Source of the DNA: Syntrophomonadaceae bacterium
GTDB lineage: Bacteria > Bacillota > Dethiobacteria > DTU022 > UBA8154
Direction of reading: 5' to 3'
Length of the DNA: 55,872 bases
Assembly: GCA_003563385.1 (NCBI GenBank)
Contig: PWRZ01000101.1
Location: 1 to 55,872 of the forward strand
Part shown: one piece after another, positions 9,901 through 18,112 of the stretch
How positions within the stretch are numbered: position 1 is the first letter of the stretch
Layout of the letters: each line of letters opens with the position of its first letter
The notes under the pieces: generated by a model
The model's database searches: none
What the model was told of the DNA's origin: nothing
Seen by the model: the letters and a program-made list of their open reading frames with translations, nothing else
Position numbers and translations under genes: made by a program

Positions 9901-10572
9901 TTAAGCAATCACGCCGCCCCCGCCGGGGAGCATCTTGATCGCTTTTATGACTGCGGCCGGGTCCTCCGAGCGGAAAAGAGCTGAGCCTGCCACGAGCACA
10001 CTGGCGCCGGCACCGGCAGCCCTGGCAGCCGTCCGCACATTAATTCCCCCGTCAACCTGTATATCCACAGCAAGCTTTTTCCGGGCCGCCTTTTGGGCAA
10101 GCCCCTCAATTTTGGGAAGGACTGCGGGGATAAATTCCTGGCCGGCAAAACCGGGGTTTACCGACATAATCAGGACCAGGTCAACATCTTCAAGGATATA
10201 ATCGAGCGTGTTCAGCGGGGTGGCCGGGTTTAAAGCCACCCCGGCCTTACATCCCATTTCTTTAATACTGTAGACCACCTTATGTAAATGGGGACAGGCC
10301 TCGGCATGAACCGTTATCATACCGGCCCCGGCATGAAAGAAATCAGTTAGGAAGTCCTGCGGACGCTCAATCATGAGGTGTACGTCCAGGAAAAGACCTG
10401 TTCGGCCGCTTAAAGCCTCCACGACCAGGGGGCCCATGGTAATATTGGGGACAAAATGGCCGTCCATAACGTCAATATGCAGCCAGTCCGCCCCGGCAGC
10501 TTCCATGCGCTGCACATCCTGTAAAAGGAAGGCAAAGTCCGCAGATAATATGGAAGGCGCAATTTTAAGCAC
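9901..10572 (-). CDS. rpe: ribulose-phosphate 3-epimerase
   Basis: MLKIAPSILSADF, HIDVMDGHFVPN, MSVNPGFAGQ and VDGGI. Confidence 0.95.
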   Translation of the reverse strand: MLKIAPSILSADFAFLLQDVQRMEAAGADWLHIDVMDGHFVPNITMGPLVVEALSGRTGLFLDVHLMIERPQDFLTDFFHAGAGMITVHAEACPHLHKVVYSIKEMGCKAGVALNPATPLNTLDYILEDVDLVLIMSVNPGFAGQEFIPAVLPKIEGLAQKAARKKLAVDIQVDGGINVRTAARAAGAGASVLVAGSALFRSEDPAAVIKAIKMLPGGGGVIA

Positions 10573-10575
10573 AGA

Positions 10576-11469
10576 TCATCCCCCTTTAAAATGTTTCTCT
10601 TTCTTCCTGAGCTCATCCAGGAAGACCCCGTAGTGCTTGTATCTCCACGAGGCCACCTCTCCTTTCTGTACTGCCTCCTTGACCGCGCAGCCGGGCTCAG
10701 CAAGGTGAAAACAGCTGTGAAAACGACAGCGCCCCATGTAAGAGGAGAACTCGCGGAAATAAAAGGGAAACTCCTTCGCGATAACCCCTTTCAGGTCCAG
10801 CTTATGAAAACCGGGCGTATCGACTACAAAAATATCTTCCTCGAGACTCAACAGCTCTACGTGACGGGTTACGTGGCGGCCTCTTCCTGTTTTTCTGCTC
10901 ACGGGGCCGCTGGCCAGGCCGAGGCCGGGCTTGATCTTGTTAATGAGCGTGGACTTGCCTACCCCGGAGGGCCCCGCCAGAACGCTTATTTTGCCTTTTA
11001 AAAGGTCTTTAAGCCTGCTTATTCCCTGTCCCGTAAGGGCACTGGCCAGGACAAGCGGGTAGCCGCAGCTTTGATAAACCCTTTCCACCTCTTTGACCAT
11101 AGCGGCATCTTCCGCCCCGGACAAATCCATCTTGTTCAAGCAGATAACTATTTCCAGGAACGATGCCTCTGCAGAAATAATGATGCGGTCAAGCAGGAAA
11201 AGGTCCGGGGTGGGGGTACTAACAGAGACAATAATAACAGCCTGGTCCAGATTGGCAACCGGCGGCCTGGCAAGGCTGTTTTTTCGCGGGTATACTTTCT
11301 CAATAACTCCTTCTTCATCTTTTACCAGCTTAATTTCAACCAGGTCTCCGACCATCAGGCCTCCGCTTTCATTTTTAAGCCTTCCCCTGGCCCGGCAGCA
11401 TATTACCCGTCCCCGGGCATCGCGCACAAAATAAAATCCTCCTTTGGCTTTAACTAAGCGGCCTTCCAG
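10576..11469 (-). CDS. rsgA: ribosome small-subunit-dependent GTPase A
   Basis: Circularly permuted GTPase motifs (NKMDL, GPSGVGKSTL, DTPG) and a C-terminal zinc knuckle CRFHSCFHLAEPGCAV. The track ORF starts at GTG 11427. The conserved OB-fold N-terminus LEGRLVKAKGGFYFV is encoded in frame upstream, so I extend the call to CTG 11469, which follows GAGGAGGAG. Confidence 0.88.
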   Translation of the reverse strand: MEGRLVKAKGGFYFVRDARGRVICCRARGRLKNESGGLMVGDLVEIKLVKDEEGVIEKVYPRKNSLARPPVANLDQAVIIVSVSTPTPDLFLLDRIIISAEASFLEIVICLNKMDLSGAEDAAMVKEVERVYQSCGYPLVLASALTGQGISRLKDLLKGKISVLAGPSGVGKSTLINKIKPGLGLASGPVSRKTGRGRHVTRHVELLSLEEDIFVVDTPGFHKLDLKGVIAKEFPFYFREFSSYMGRCRFHSCFHLAEPGCAVKEAVQKGEVASWRYKHYGVFLDELRKKEKHFKGG

Positions 11470-11491
11470 TAAAACTCCTCCTCGCCGGTCT

Positions 11492-13363
11492 TTAAGGGAA
11501 AAACCGGGTATCTATGGTATAATACTCGTCGTTCCTCAGTTCCATCACCACAACCCTACCTGAACCATATCCCTCCGAACGAAAGATCTGCCCCTTGTAC
11601 GCTCCCTCAAAAATTAGCCTTTCCCCTTCATCATCATCTATATAAACCTTGATCACCTGCCCGACAGCTACACGGGGTTGTATCTCAACCTGGTGTATAT
11701 CCCCGGTCTCCGGCTCTTTTCCGAGGCTGATAACCAGGTCCACGGGGTCACCCTCCTGGACGGTATCACCGGGAGCCGGGTACTGCGACACAACCTGCCC
11801 CTCCGCAAACGTGTCTGAAGGTTCCTCTTCTACGTTGCGCATTACCAACCCGTAAAGGTTGAGCCACTCCTGGACATCACTGAGAGTCCAGCCCTGGAAA
11901 TTACGGAGTGAAAAGGGCTTTTTACCTTTGCTGATTACCACCTTTACAGTTTCTCCACTGCCCAGGCGAAAATCTTTACCGGGATCCTGCCTTATGACAT
12001 ACCCCGGGGCAACATCATCGCTGTACTCACTGCTGACTTCCATTTCCAGCCCCGCTTCATTTAAAATCAGCCTCGCTTCCAGCTCAGTTCTTTTCGTCAA
12101 ATCGGGAACTTCAACCTGTTCGGGCCCAAGGCTGACAGCCAGCTCAATGGTCCTTTCTTTCCTTACGTTCCTGCCGGCAGGAGGATCCTGGGATATTACG
12201 TGGTCGAGAGCAACATCTTCACTGTATGACTGTCGGGCAATACTGTAATCCAGGCCCAGCAGGGAAAGCTCTTTTTCGGCATCCTCGATACTCGAACCGA
12301 CCAGGTCGGGAACGGTAACCTCCGGGACAACCAGGTAGCTGTACAGAAAGCTGTAACCAACCACAACGGCTACAAAAAGGGCTGCTGCTATGGATACATA
12401 AAGCAGTAATTTTCTATAGGGGAGCGCTTTACTGTTAGCGGCTTCTTCGTCCTCATTATGGTGACTGTTCCAACTGCGGTTACCCCTGTAAGGAAGCGAC
12501 CGTGTTCTTTGAACAGAAGGACCGGCCGCATAACCTTCATCGATACGGCTCTCATACCAGTCCTCCAGGTCATCTCTCAACTGGGCGGCATTCTGGTAGC
12601 GCAGGCTCCTGTCCTTGCGCACGGCCCTGCTCACTATCATTTCCAGCGTCGAGGGAAGCCCGCTTACGACCCTGGAGGGCGGAATAATATCTTCCTGCAG
12701 GTGCTTTAAAGCAATTGATACGGGGCTTTCCCCCGAAAAAGGAACGGTAGCGGTCAACATTTCGTAGAGAACTATGCCAAAAGAATAAATATCGGACTGC
12801 TGGTCGGCACGGCTCCCCCGGGCCTGCTCTGGAGAAGAATAGTAAACTGAACCGAGCATTGATTTATCATAGGTTATAGTGGAGTCGGCAACCGCCCTGG
12901 CTATGCCAAAATCTGTTACTTTTACCCTCCCGTCAGCGGCAATAATTATATTATGGGGCTTGATATCACGGTGAATAACATTATTCTCGTGGGCATGAAC
13001 AAGCGCATCGCATACCGGCAGGGCAATACGAACGGCTTCCTCCGGTTCCAGCGGCCCGTCACTGAGGATAACATCCTTCAAAGTTTGGCCGTCAACATAT
13101 TCCATAATTATATAATGGATGCCCTCTTCTTCTCCTTCATCGTAGACATTTACTATGGCAGAATGTGACAGTTTGGCCGCCGCTTTGGCTTCCAGCTGGA
13201 AACGGCGTAAAAATTCCGGGTCGGAGGCAAATTGTTCGTAAAGGACTTTAATCGCTACGGAGCGGTTCAGCTTTAAATCAGTCCCTTTGTAGACAGTTGC
13301 CATTCCACCCGTACCAATTTTTTTGACAATTTCGTAGCGGTTCCCTAACAGTCTACCAATCAT
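11492..13363 (-). CDS. prkC: Ser/Thr protein kinase with PASTA repeats (PrkC/PknB)
   Basis: Kinase domain YEIVKKIGTGGMATVYKG...AIKV...HRDIKPHNI...DFGIA. One TM segment, then three PASTA-like repeats. Start chosen at ATG 13363 (MIGRLLGNRYEI); GTG 13384 is also possible. The longer track ORF overlaps prpC. Confidence 0.92.
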   Translation of the reverse strand: MIGRLLGNRYEIVKKIGTGGMATVYKGTDLKLNRSVAIKVLYEQFASDPEFLRRFQLEAKAAAKLSHSAIVNVYDEGEEEGIHYIIMEYVDGQTLKDVILSDGPLEPEEAVRIALPVCDALVHAHENNVIHRDIKPHNIIIAADGRVKVTDFGIARAVADSTITYDKSMLGSVYYSSPEQARGSRADQQSDIYSFGIVLYEMLTATVPFSGESPVSIALKHLQEDIIPPSRVVSGLPSTLEMIVSRAVRKDRSLRYQNAAQLRDDLEDWYESRIDEGYAAGPSVQRTRSLPYRGNRSWNSHHNEDEEAANSKALPYRKLLLYVSIAAALFVAVVVGYSFLYSYLVVPEVTVPDLVGSSIEDAEKELSLLGLDYSIARQSYSEDVALDHVISQDPPAGRNVRKERTIELAVSLGPEQVEVPDLTKRTELEARLILNEAGLEMEVSSEYSDDVAPGYVIRQDPGKDFRLGSGETVKVVISKGKKPFSLRNFQGWTLSDVQEWLNLYGLVMRNVEEEPSDTFAEGQVVSQYPAPGDTVQEGDPVDLVISLGKEPETGDIHQVEIQPRVAVGQVIKVYIDDDEGERLIFEGAYKGQIFRSEGYGSGRVVVMELRNDEYYTIDTRFFP

Positions 13364-13386
13364 TTCCTTCAATGCGGACTTCACCC

Positions 13387-14133
13387 TTACCCTATATTGA
13401 TATGAACGAGCACAAAAGTAATGTTGTCCAGTCCGCCAAGCCTGTTGGACTCTTCTAAAAGCCGGTCCGCAGCCTCCTCTATGTCCGTGGCGGAGTAAAT
13501 AATCTGCCTTATCTCCTCGGGCTTGAGCATTGTCGTCAGCCCGTCCGTGCATAGCAGAATAAAGTGTCCCAGTGCCAGGGCGGCTATGTAGAAATCTATT
13601 TTTACAGAAGGGGAAGCCCCCAACACCCTGGTCAGGAAATGGCGCTGTGGATGTGTATGGATCTCCTCCGGGCTTATCTCGCCGTTTTTGAGCAGCTCCA
13701 TCACCAGGGAGTGGTCTTCGGTAACCTGGAAACAACCCTCTTCACTAAACAGGTGAACCTGGCTGTCTCCAACGTGTCCGACAAGAATCTCCTTATCCAG
13801 TAAAACGGTAACGGTGAGTGTGGTGCCCATTCCTTTAAATTCGGGGCTTTTGTTTTGGGCGTAATACACGCTTTCATTGGCCTGCAGCATGGCCTGCTCT
13901 AAAAAATCTTTCATTTTAAACAAATCATACTGCTGCAACTTTTCCGACAGTTCTTCTACCTTCTCCCCGAGAGCTTCGATGCACATGGCGCTTGCCACCT
14001 CGCCGGCAGCATGACCGCCCATACCGTCAGCTACAGCGAAAACAAGCGGCTGTTCTTTGCGGGGGATAAAAAACCGATCTTCGTTTTTTTCGCGGATGCA
14101 TCCGCGGTGAGACCTGACCGCATAATTTATCAT
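13387..14133 (-). CDS. prpC: PP2C-family Ser/Thr phosphatase (PrpC/Stp)
   Basis: RGCIREKNEDRF, VADGMGGHAAGEVAS, LLCTDGL and GLDNITFVLV. Confidence 0.92.
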   Translation of the reverse strand: MINYAVRSHRGCIREKNEDRFFIPRKEQPLVFAVADGMGGHAAGEVASAMCIEALGEKVEELSEKLQQYDLFKMKDFLEQAMLQANESVYYAQNKSPEFKGMGTTLTVTVLLDKEILVGHVGDSQVHLFSEEGCFQVTEDHSLVMELLKNGEISPEEIHTHPQRHFLTRVLGASPSVKIDFYIAALALGHFILLCTDGLTTMLKPEEIRQIIYSATDIEEAADRLLEESNRLGGLDNITFVLVHINIG

Positions 14134-14169
14134 TCTATTTCTTTCGACACCCCTCGCCCGTCAGGATTC

Positions 14170-14198
14170 AGTATAACAAAAAGAGGTTCTAAAAGCAA
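14170..14198 (-). promoter_or_regulatory. candidate sigma-A promoter for prpC-prkC
   Basis: Minus strand TTGCTT - 17 nt - TATACT. The -10 lies 37 nt upstream of the prpC ATG. Confidence 0.5.
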
Positions 14199-14232
14199 CG
14201 AGCTTCACGGTGACAATAATTAGCTTAACTCC

Positions 14233-15633
14233 TTAAATGGCCGGCCGGGTGCCTTTCTTTAGAATACGGCAGAGGAAAAAACCGTCCAGGCCGTGCCTGT
14301 GCGGCCACAGATAAAGCATACCTTCTTCTTTTTCCTCATCCTTAAAAGATTCCGGCAAAAATGGCGAAAGCGCCGAGAGCCTCGCCAACGGCTCCTGCCG
14401 CAGAAACTTTTCCATAACCTGCACCGTTTCTTCGGGCTCTACCGAACAGGCGCTGTACAGCAGCACCCCGCCTTCTTTGAGGGCAAAAAACGCCCCCCGT
14501 AACAGGTCCAACTGCAGCTGCGAAAGCGACTCTATATCTTCGGAACGGCGGCGCCATTTTAAATCTCCCTTGCGCCTGATAACACCGAGTCCGGAACAGG
14601 GAGTATCAAGGAGGACGCGGTCAAAAAAGCCTGCCCTATCAGCAGGCATACAGCGGCCGTCAATTTTTTCTGTCCCGATGATGGCAACGCCCTGCCGGCG
14701 CGCCGCAGCCTCAATAAGCCGGAGGCGGTGCTGGTAGAGGTCGGCAGCCACAATAGTACCGCGGTTCTGCATGAGCGCAGCCATATGCACGGTCTTGCCT
14801 CCCGGGGCGGCGCACAGGTCCAGGACCGACTCTTCCGGCTGTGGATTGAGCAGGGGGGGTACGAGCATGGACGCTTCACCCTGTATCTGGAAATGCCCTT
14901 TTCTGAAGCTTTCCAGGTCTATTAACCTGCCCTGATGCCTGAGCTGCAGCCCCTGGGGGGCATAGCGGCATTCTTTAACAATGGCACCATCCGCCAGCAG
15001 CTCTTTTTTCAATTCTTCCCGGTCCAGCTTCAATGTATTGGCACGAACGGTAAGCGGGGGAGGGATGTTACCGGCGGCACATAATGCCTCGCACTCTTCC
15101 AGGCCCAGGTTATCTATCCAGCGTTCCACCATCCAGAGGGGATACGAGTAATAAAGGGAAAGGTAGCGGGCCGGGTCGGTGTCGCGTGACGGCCAGGGTA
15201 TACTTTCCCTTTCGTAGCTTATTTTCCTGAGCACGGCATTGACGAGGCCGCTTACGCCTTTATGCCCGTAACGGTGAGAAAGCTTAACCGCTTCGTCCAC
15301 AGCAGCGGAATCGGGCACCCGTTCCATGTAAAGAAGCTGGTAGGCTCCCATTCTTAAAATATTGCGGATCCAGGCGGTCATTTCCTCCAGGGGACGGCGT
15401 GAATACCGGGAAATAACCCAGTCCAGGGTGTTCCGCCGCTGCACTACTCCGTAAGTGAGCTCCGTCAGGAAAGACCTTTCTTCTCCCTCCAGGGAGATCT
15501 TGGAAAGCATCCTGTTTAAAGCAAGGTTTATATAGGACTCTTTTTCCTCCACCTCTTTTAAGAGGCGCAGGGCCAGTTCCCGTGCTGATTTTTTTTGCGC
15601 GGAATGATATCCGCTCTTTTTTGAAAGAACCAT
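14233..15633 (-). CDS. rsmB: 16S rRNA (cytosine967-C5)-methyltransferase
   Basis: NusB-like N-terminal domain. SAM motif DLCAAPGGKT and catalytic DTPCSG...LLYSACS. Confidence 0.93.
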   Translation of the reverse strand: MVLSKKSGYHSAQKKSARELALRLLKEVEEKESYINLALNRMLSKISLEGEERSFLTELTYGVVQRRNTLDWVISRYSRRPLEEMTAWIRNILRMGAYQLLYMERVPDSAAVDEAVKLSHRYGHKGVSGLVNAVLRKISYERESIPWPSRDTDPARYLSLYYSYPLWMVERWIDNLGLEECEALCAAGNIPPPLTVRANTLKLDREELKKELLADGAIVKECRYAPQGLQLRHQGRLIDLESFRKGHFQIQGEASMLVPPLLNPQPEESVLDLCAAPGGKTVHMAALMQNRGTIVAADLYQHRLRLIEAAARRQGVAIIGTEKIDGRCMPADRAGFFDRVLLDTPCSGLGVIRRKGDLKWRRRSEDIESLSQLQLDLLRGAFFALKEGGVLLYSACSVEPEETVQVMEKFLRQEPLARLSALSPFLPESFKDEEKEEGMLYLWPHRHGLDGFFLCRILKKGTRPAI

Positions 15634-15860
15634 CTACTCTCTTCCCCTCAACAGGAGCAGCCGGGCAAAATGGGCCGGCCCTGCGGCCACGACAGCCAGG
15701 TACATCATCGCTGCCATACTGAGCATCTGTCCGGCCCCGCCCCACTCGCCGCACTGCAGACAGCCGCCCCCTTCAATCAAGGATGGCTACGGCCCTTTTA
15801 CTGGCATTGAACTCTACCGGGAGGGTATTGCCTGAAAGAGGACCGCAAATAAAAATACCG

Positions 15861-16661
15861 CTATGCCGGCCGCTGCTTGTTTAAAAAATGGTCAAAGGCT
15901 TCTTCAAGCGCCCCCAGGTCCACCCTGGTGTTCAGGCACGGGCCCTGGGGACGGTCGTTCACCACGCCCATAACCGGAAGCGGAAAACTGTCAAGGACAC
16001 CGCTGGAAAGGTCTCTCTCACAGGCCAGGGCTACCACCGCCTGCGGGGCATGTTCTTCAATGGCCTGCCGGGCCATGGTCCCACCTGTTACCATCTCCGC
16101 TTTTACGCCCCGGGAACCGGACATCGATACAATTTCTGAAACCTGGCAGCCGCCGCAGCGCCGGCAGTTGTCAATATTACGGGTTATGTTATACGGGCAG
16201 CCGCTATCCTGAAGGCAGTGGGGCAGCAGCAGAAGAAGCTCCCTGCTGCTTACCTTCAGGGGACGGGACCTGACAAGCTGGTTGTTTACCTCTATAAAAG
16301 ATCTCTGGATTTTATCCTGTGTTATCTGCAGGAAACGTCCCACCTGCAACACTACCGGGTAAAATAGCAGAATGGTCTTCTCCATCAACCAGCCCAGCCC
16401 GCGGAAAGTACGCTCGTGCATTATAGTTATTACTATAGCCAGCAGGCCGCATAAAAACAGGGCTGTCAAAACAAGGACCGCTGTCACCAGGACAGTAACA
16501 ACGCCCCGTGAAAAAGCAATATAAGGATCCCTTGTAAAAAAGACCAGGTACACTCCCGAACCTATGAGAAGCAGCAGCACTGCCAGCAGCAGTAGACCGA
16601 GGAAAGTTCTTTTTCTGGTCTTTTTGGTAGCGCTTAAAACAGGCTCATTCAAGTTTCTCAC
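15861..16661 (-). CDS. DUF116-family membrane protein with a Cys-rich cytoplasmic domain
   Basis: Two to three N-terminal TM helices, then CLQDSGCPYNITRNIDNCRRCGGCQV...VALACERDL. GTG start overlaps the fmt stop by 17 nt. The fmt-DUF116-rsmB position is typical of Clostridia (from memory). Confidence 0.75.
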   Translation of the reverse strand: MRNLNEPVLSATKKTRKRTFLGLLLLAVLLLLIGSGVYLVFFTRDPYIAFSRGVVTVLVTAVLVLTALFLCGLLAIVITIMHERTFRGLGWLMEKTILLFYPVVLQVGRFLQITQDKIQRSFIEVNNQLVRSRPLKVSSRELLLLLPHCLQDSGCPYNITRNIDNCRRCGGCQVSEIVSMSGSRGVKAEMVTGGTMARQAIEEHAPQAVVALACERDLSSGVLDSFPLPVMGVVNDRPQGPCLNTRVDLGALEEAFDHFLNKQRPA

Positions 16662-17598
16662 CTACAAGCAGAGAATGACCTCTTAAAAAACTTTCTACAT
16701 CGGTCTTTTTCTTTCCTTCAAGCTGCACTTCAAAAATCCTGAGCACGCCCCTGCCGGTCGCTACTGCAATACTATCTTTGTCCACCCGGCAGACAGCACC
16801 GGGAGAGGCCCATTTACAGTCTTCGGTGCAGCTGTTATCCGGGGAAGCCTTCCACACTTTAAGACGGCGCCCGCGGTAACGGGTATATGCCCCCGGCGCA
16901 GGAATGAGAGCCCTGACCCGTTTGGATATTTCAACGGCGCTGCTGTCCCAGTCGATGACCTCGTCTTCTCCTGTCAGTGTCGGGGCATATGTTGCCCCGT
17001 CCTCATCCTGCTCCTTTCGCGGGGCCTTATTTGTAGAGAGGAGCTTTAAGGCTTCACATAATAATTCCGCTCCCCGCCGGGCCAGCCGGTCATGCAAAAT
17101 GCCGTAATCGTCTTCCCCGTGGATCTGTACCCGCTCCTGCAGTATAATATCTCCCGCATCCATCTTTTCACTCATATACAGTACCGTCACCCCTGTATAC
17201 TCTTCCCCGGCCAGCAGTGCCCTCTGGATTGGGGCCGCCCCGCGGTAAGCAGGCAGCATGGAAGGATGCAGGTTAATACATCCCACCGGGGGCAGGCGCA
17301 AAATTTTGGGAGGCAGGATCATGCCGTAGGCCACGTTTACGAGGACATCAAATTCCTGGCCGTCCAGGACGGCGTACAGCTCCTCCGCTCCCTGCGGCTG
17401 CAGTACTTTCAGCCCGTGAGCCAGTGCCTCCGTTTTCACGGGAGGGGAGGTCATTTTCTTCCCCCTGCCTGCGGGACGGTCCGGCCTTGTTATAACGGCC
17501 ACCGGTTTAAAATCGCTTTCCAGCAGCAATTTCAAGGAGGGAAGGGCAAATGAAGATGTCCCCATAAAAATGATATGGACATTGCTTTCCTTAATCAT
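16645..17598 (-). CDS. fmt: methionyl-tRNA formyltransferase
   Basis: IIFMGTSSFALPSL, INLHPSMLPAYRGAAPIQRAL and a C-terminal beta-barrel domain. Confidence 0.96.
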   Translation of the reverse strand: MIKESNVHIIFMGTSSFALPSLKLLLESDFKPVAVITRPDRPAGRGKKMTSPPVKTEALAHGLKVLQPQGAEELYAVLDGQEFDVLVNVAYGMILPPKILRLPPVGCINLHPSMLPAYRGAAPIQRALLAGEEYTGVTVLYMSEKMDAGDIILQERVQIHGEDDYGILHDRLARRGAELLCEALKLLSTNKAPRKEQDEDGATYAPTLTGEDEVIDWDSSAVEISKRVRALIPAPGAYTRYRGRRLKVWKASPDNSCTEDCKWASPGAVCRVDKDSIAVATGRGVLRIFEVQLEGKKKTDVESFLRGHSLLVGEKLE

Positions 17599-17613
17599 AA
17601 CCGGTATTCCCTT

Positions 17614-18084
17614 TCACATTTTTTGCAGCTCCTCCGGTGAAAGCAGCCGGGAGGCCCTGTCAACGAAAAGCACCCCGTCAAGATGATCTATCTCATGCTG
17701 CAGTACTCTGGAGAGGAAGCCCTCTGCGGTAAGCTCAATCTTTTTCCCATTCCTGTCTCTACCGCTAACTGTAACACGGTCGTAGCGGGGAACCTCTCCA
17801 AAAACCCCGGGAAGGCTGAGGCACCCCTCCACATCGATGTCTTTCCCTTCCGCGGATGTTATCTCGGGGTTTACTATCTCCAGGACGCCCTCTTCAACCT
17901 TTACTACAATTATTCTTTTGGCAATCCCGACCTGGGGAGCAGCCAGGCCTACCCCCTCGGCTGCCAGCATCGTTTCGGCCATGTCCTCGAGCAGGAGGCG
18001 GAGCTGAGGGGTAAATTTGCTGACATATACTGCTTTCTGGCGCAAAACAGGATCGTTGTTTTGACGGATATTCCTCAACGGCAT
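17614..18084 (-). CDS. def: peptide deformylase
   Basis: GVGLAAPQVG, EGCLSLPG and QHEIDHLDG metal motifs. Confidence 0.96.
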   Translation of the reverse strand: MPLRNIRQNNDPVLRQKAVYVSKFTPQLRLLLEDMAETMLAAEGVGLAAPQVGIAKRIIVVKVEEGVLEIVNPEITSAEGKDIDVEGCLSLPGVFGEVPRYDRVTVSGRDRNGKKIELTAEGFLSRVLQHEIDHLDGVLFVDRASRLLSPEELQKM

Positions 18085-18112
18085 CTACACTCTCCCCTCC
18101 TTCTAAAAGGTA

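Noticed and set aside
13364-13735. A 124-codon N-terminal extension of the prkC ORF overlapping prpC. Analogous extensions occur for rpoZ (22587-22646), remA (23507-23554), sepF (37895-37966), mutM (3476-3526) and lspA (31411-31455).
   Set aside because: The extensions overlap the preceding gene and have no homologue-like sequence. Conserved N-termini with an SD start further in.
15284-15754. A 156-aa ORF overlapping the 5' end of rsmB.
   Set aside because: It is an out-of-frame overlap with a strongly supported gene, and the Arg/Gly-rich translation is junk-like.
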